63,857 nucleotides of DNA from Sphaerodactylus townsendi (Eukaryota), in assembly GCF_021028975.2 (NCBI RefSeq), contig NC_059430.1, forward strand, positions 37,014,001-37,077,857, read 5' to 3'. Below, in pieces: positions 60,611 through 63,857 of the stretch. Under the pieces are notes generated by a model. It searched no databases. It had not been told where the DNA came from and saw only the letters and a program-made list of their open reading frames with translations. A program made the position numbers and the translations under genes. The first letter of the stretch is position 1; each line of letters opens with the position of its first letter.

Positions 60611-62965
60611 CAGTGGCGTACCTCGGCAAACTGGAACCCTGGGCAAAAGCAGAGTTTGATGCCCCCCCCCCCCCAATGGGCGGCCACCCTCTCCCACTAT
60701 GACCAAACAATGATTTTTTTCCACCAGGTCGTTTCAAAGACACCATCCCATTACAGAACATGCCCTAACTCATAAATCTGAACACAGCAATGAGCCATGC
60801 CACACAGCAGAAATATTTTTTGAAAACATTTTCAAAATGCTTTCAAAATGTTTTATTACTGCTATGAAAACATTTTATGGTGTTGTATCTAGTCCCCCCA
60901 ATTGGGGGAAGCAGCATCACTTTCAATGTTATTTAAACTGGGGATCCCAGATTCTCCCTTTAAGATGGATTTAAAAGGAGAATCTGGGCTCCCTAGTTTA
61001 GACAAGTGATGCTGGAATCCACCCCCAAACAGCATTATTTTAAATGGTGTTTAAACAAGGGAGCCCAGATTCTCCTTTTAAATCCACCTTACAACATTGA
61101 AAGTGATGCTGTTTTGGGGTGGATTATCCCCCACCCTGAAACAGCATCATTTTCAATGTTTAAACTGGGGACCTCAGATTCTACCTTTAAATCCATGCCG
61201 AAGGGGGTGGATTTAATAATAATAACCACCTTTATTAGGCATTGAGAGAATAAAAGAAAGAAAGAAAACAAGCATTGGCAGGAAGGGGGTGGATTTAAAA
61301 TGAAAATCTGGGGAAATTTAGGGGGTGCCTGCTGTCAGGGGTGCAATTATTAAGATAGCAGCACCAAAATTTCAGAGTATCTTCGTGATACCCTACTGAT
61401 GATACCAACCAAGTTTGGTGAAGTTTGGTTCAGGGGGTCCAAAGTTATGGACCATCAAAGGTGTAGCTCCCATCTCCTATTAGCTCCCATTGGAAACAAT
61501 GGTGGATGGGGGCACTCCCTTTGGGAGTCCATAAGTTTAGACTCCCTAAACCAGGGGTAGGGAACCTTTAATACTCAAAGAGCCATTTGGACCCATTTTC
61601 CACGGAAAAGAAAACTCATGGAGCCGCAAATACTTTTTGGCATTTAAAATGAAGAAAACACTGAGTATTTTGTTTTTTTTACCTTTATGCACGCTTTGTA
61701 TAAAGGGCAACTCTCCTCTTTCCTCAATTTCTCCCTTCTCGTCAGGGTCCGCTTCAAACCCTTTGATTATGACCTTTTCCCAGTCTGTTTCCTCCTTTTC
61801 CCCTTGTTCTGTCTCTAATATTTCTACCCAGCTTTCAGTTATCTTTTCAGCTCCCCCCCCCTCTACTACATTCAACCTCCTTCCCTGCTATTCCTCCCCT
61901 CTCTGGGGCTTTCCCACAGATCTACCCCTCTCTCTCTTGTCTCTCTCTCCTCCTCCTCCTCTCTCCTAGTCACCTCGGCTCTCCTTTCCACCCTCCACTT
62001 TCCCCAGCTTCTTCCTTCTTCTCGGAGCCTCGTTCGGCCGTCAAGTCTGGGGAGGAGCCTCCGGACACCCACGCTCCCACATGAACGGGGAGCGTGCAGC
62101 CAGCATCCCGGCCTGAGCCGGGCGCTGCTTTTTTCTCAGGATTCTACCCTGAGGGGAGGGGAGAAAATAGCAGCGCCCGGCTCAGGCCGGGATGCTGGCT
62201 GCACGCTCCCCGTTCATGCGGGAGCGTGGGTGTCCGGGGCTGCCCGGAGGCTCCTCCCCAGACTTGACGGGGCGGGCGCTGGACGCCGGCGCAGCTGCGT
62301 GCCCCAGCAACGGCAGGCCTCGGTCTGGCCCCGCAGCCCCGAGCCCCAGCGGCGGCGGCAATGTGCCCAGCTCCGTCCTGAGGGACAACGAGCCGAGCGC
62401 TGCGGGGCAGGCCGCCGAGCGAGTCACCGCGGCAACACCTCTCCCCGGCCCGGCCTCGTTGCAGGACGAGGGGAGAATCGCCCCAGAAGGCACTGGGGCA
62501 GGATTTAAGGTGGCGTGTGGGGCGGCCGAATGAGGCTCCGAGAAGAAGGAAGAAGCTGGGGAAAGTGGAGGGTGGAAAGGAGAACGGAGGTGACTAGGAG
62601 AGAGGAGGAGGAGAGAGAGAGAGAGGGACAAGAGAGAGAGGGATAGATCTGTGGAAAAGCCCCAGAGAGGGGAGGAAGGGGCCATGCCAGGAGCCGCACC
62701 ACAAGCGGGAAAGAGCCGTTTGCGGCTCGCGAGCCGCGGGTTCCCGACCCTTGCCCTAAACCAAACCTCACCAAACCTGGGTGATATCATCAGGAGAGTC
62801 TCCCGAAAAATCCCTGAAATTTTGGTGCTGCTAGCCTAAAAACTGCACCCTCTGCAGGCCAAAATTGCAAAAACACTGAAAATAAAAAAATCCCACAAAC
62901 GAACCTGCAGTTTTTGCGCCCCCCACAAGGGGGTGCCCTGGGCAACTGCCCACTCATCGCCTCTG
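60611..62965. mobile_element. Non-autonomous hAT (Tip100-like termini) hosting a nested element
   Basis: CAGTGGCGTAC...CATCGCCTCTG; degenerate TSD CTTATGAA/CTGATGAG; shares internal modules with 45696-46616. Confidence 0.7.
61552..62753. mobile_element. Nested 1.2-kb non-autonomous hAT (Buster/Charlie-like)
   Basis: TIR CAGGGGTAGGGAACC...GGTTCCCGACCCTTG; perfect TSD CCCTAAAC. Confidence 0.88.
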
Positions 62966-63134
62966 CTGATGAGTGATTATTGCAGGGCTAGGATCTGGGA
63001 GATTTGGATTCAGATGGCCACTCTGCCATACAAGATTGTTGAGTGACTTTGATCTGGTCATACTCCCTCACCCTAACCTACCTCACAGGGTAGTTGTAAG
63101 GTCAAAATAGAGATAGGGAGAATTACTGGGAAGG

Positions 63135-63645
63135 AAAGCCATGAAGGAAGTAGAAAAGAGTTCTTAAGTGAAAAGATGTGTCACTGGAAAGCCAGATCAA
63201 ATTAATTCATGCCGTAATATTCCCTCCCTATTACTATGTATGGGTGTGAAAGTTGGACAATGAAGAAAGCAGACAGGAAGAAAGTAGATTCCTTTGAAAT
63301 GAGAAGACAAATATGTGGGTTCCAGATCAAAATACAAATAAGTGGATTCCAGATCAAGTCTAGATCTAGAACTGTCCCTAGAAGTAGTATGACTAAACTG
63401 AGACTATCATAATAAGTTCACATGAGAACACAGGACTCACTGGAAAAGACAATAATGCTAGGAAAAGTTGAATGTAGCAGGAAAAAAGGAAGACCCAACA
63501 TGAAATGGACTGACTCTATGAAGGAAATCACAGTTCTCAGTTTGTAAGACTTGAGCAAGGCTGTCAACAATATGACATTTTGAGGGGACACTGATTTATA
63601 GGGTCTCCTTGAGTCAGAAGCGTCTTGACAGCACAACACACACAT
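63135..63645 (+). mobile_element. RTE (BovB-like) LINE 3' fragment
   Basis: MYGCESWTMKKADRKKVDSFEM and DSLEKTIMLGKVE..RKKGRPNMKW motifs; (CA)-rich tail. Confidence 0.85.
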
Positions 63646-63857
63646 GCTTTGGATTATCATTAGGGTGAAAAGGAGGTATTAATATCTAAATAAATAAACT
63701 TGAATCCAAATTGCTGCAAATCTGAGATTTGGCAGCAGATTTTGCATACTTACTGGGGAATAAACACCACAGAACAGCTTGGGATTGCTTCCATGCATAG
63801 ACTGAATATTACAAGAGAATAACCAGCTACCATAGCATCTTATTCTTAACAGGGACT

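Noticed and set aside
62182-62790. 202-aa Pro/Ala/Gly-rich ORF and overlapping ORFs
   Set aside because: Stop-poor GC-rich inverted repeats within a non-autonomous hAT; no transposase motifs

Overview
Vertebrate genomic DNA, almost certainly from a squamate reptile and probably a gecko (inferred from Squam3-, Squam2-, Sauria- and 5S-type SINEs). Two intact, spliced minus-strand genes can be rebuilt exon by exon: IFT27 (7 coding exons, 18725->11388, 186 aa, one GC-AG intron, RFX/CCAAT/GC-box promoter) and alpha-parvalbumin PVALB (4 coding exons, 59855->42002, 110 aa). This matches the conserved IFT27-PVALB synteny. The rest is a dense TE landscape: CR1, L2, L1, RTE and R4/Dong LINE fragments, a decayed DIRS element, a solo LTR, a non-autonomous Helitron, hAT and PIF/Harbinger-like MITEs with TSDs, and two Penelope-like fragments. 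The most notable observations are a minimal hammerhead ribozyme motif sense to PVALB in intron 3, palindromic hAT MITEs with a shared ZNF143-like core but different termini, and a nested hAT-in-hAT with stacked inverted repeats upstream of PVALB. I see no firm evidence of a wholly new multi-gene system. TE family names come from recalled motifs, not from searches.
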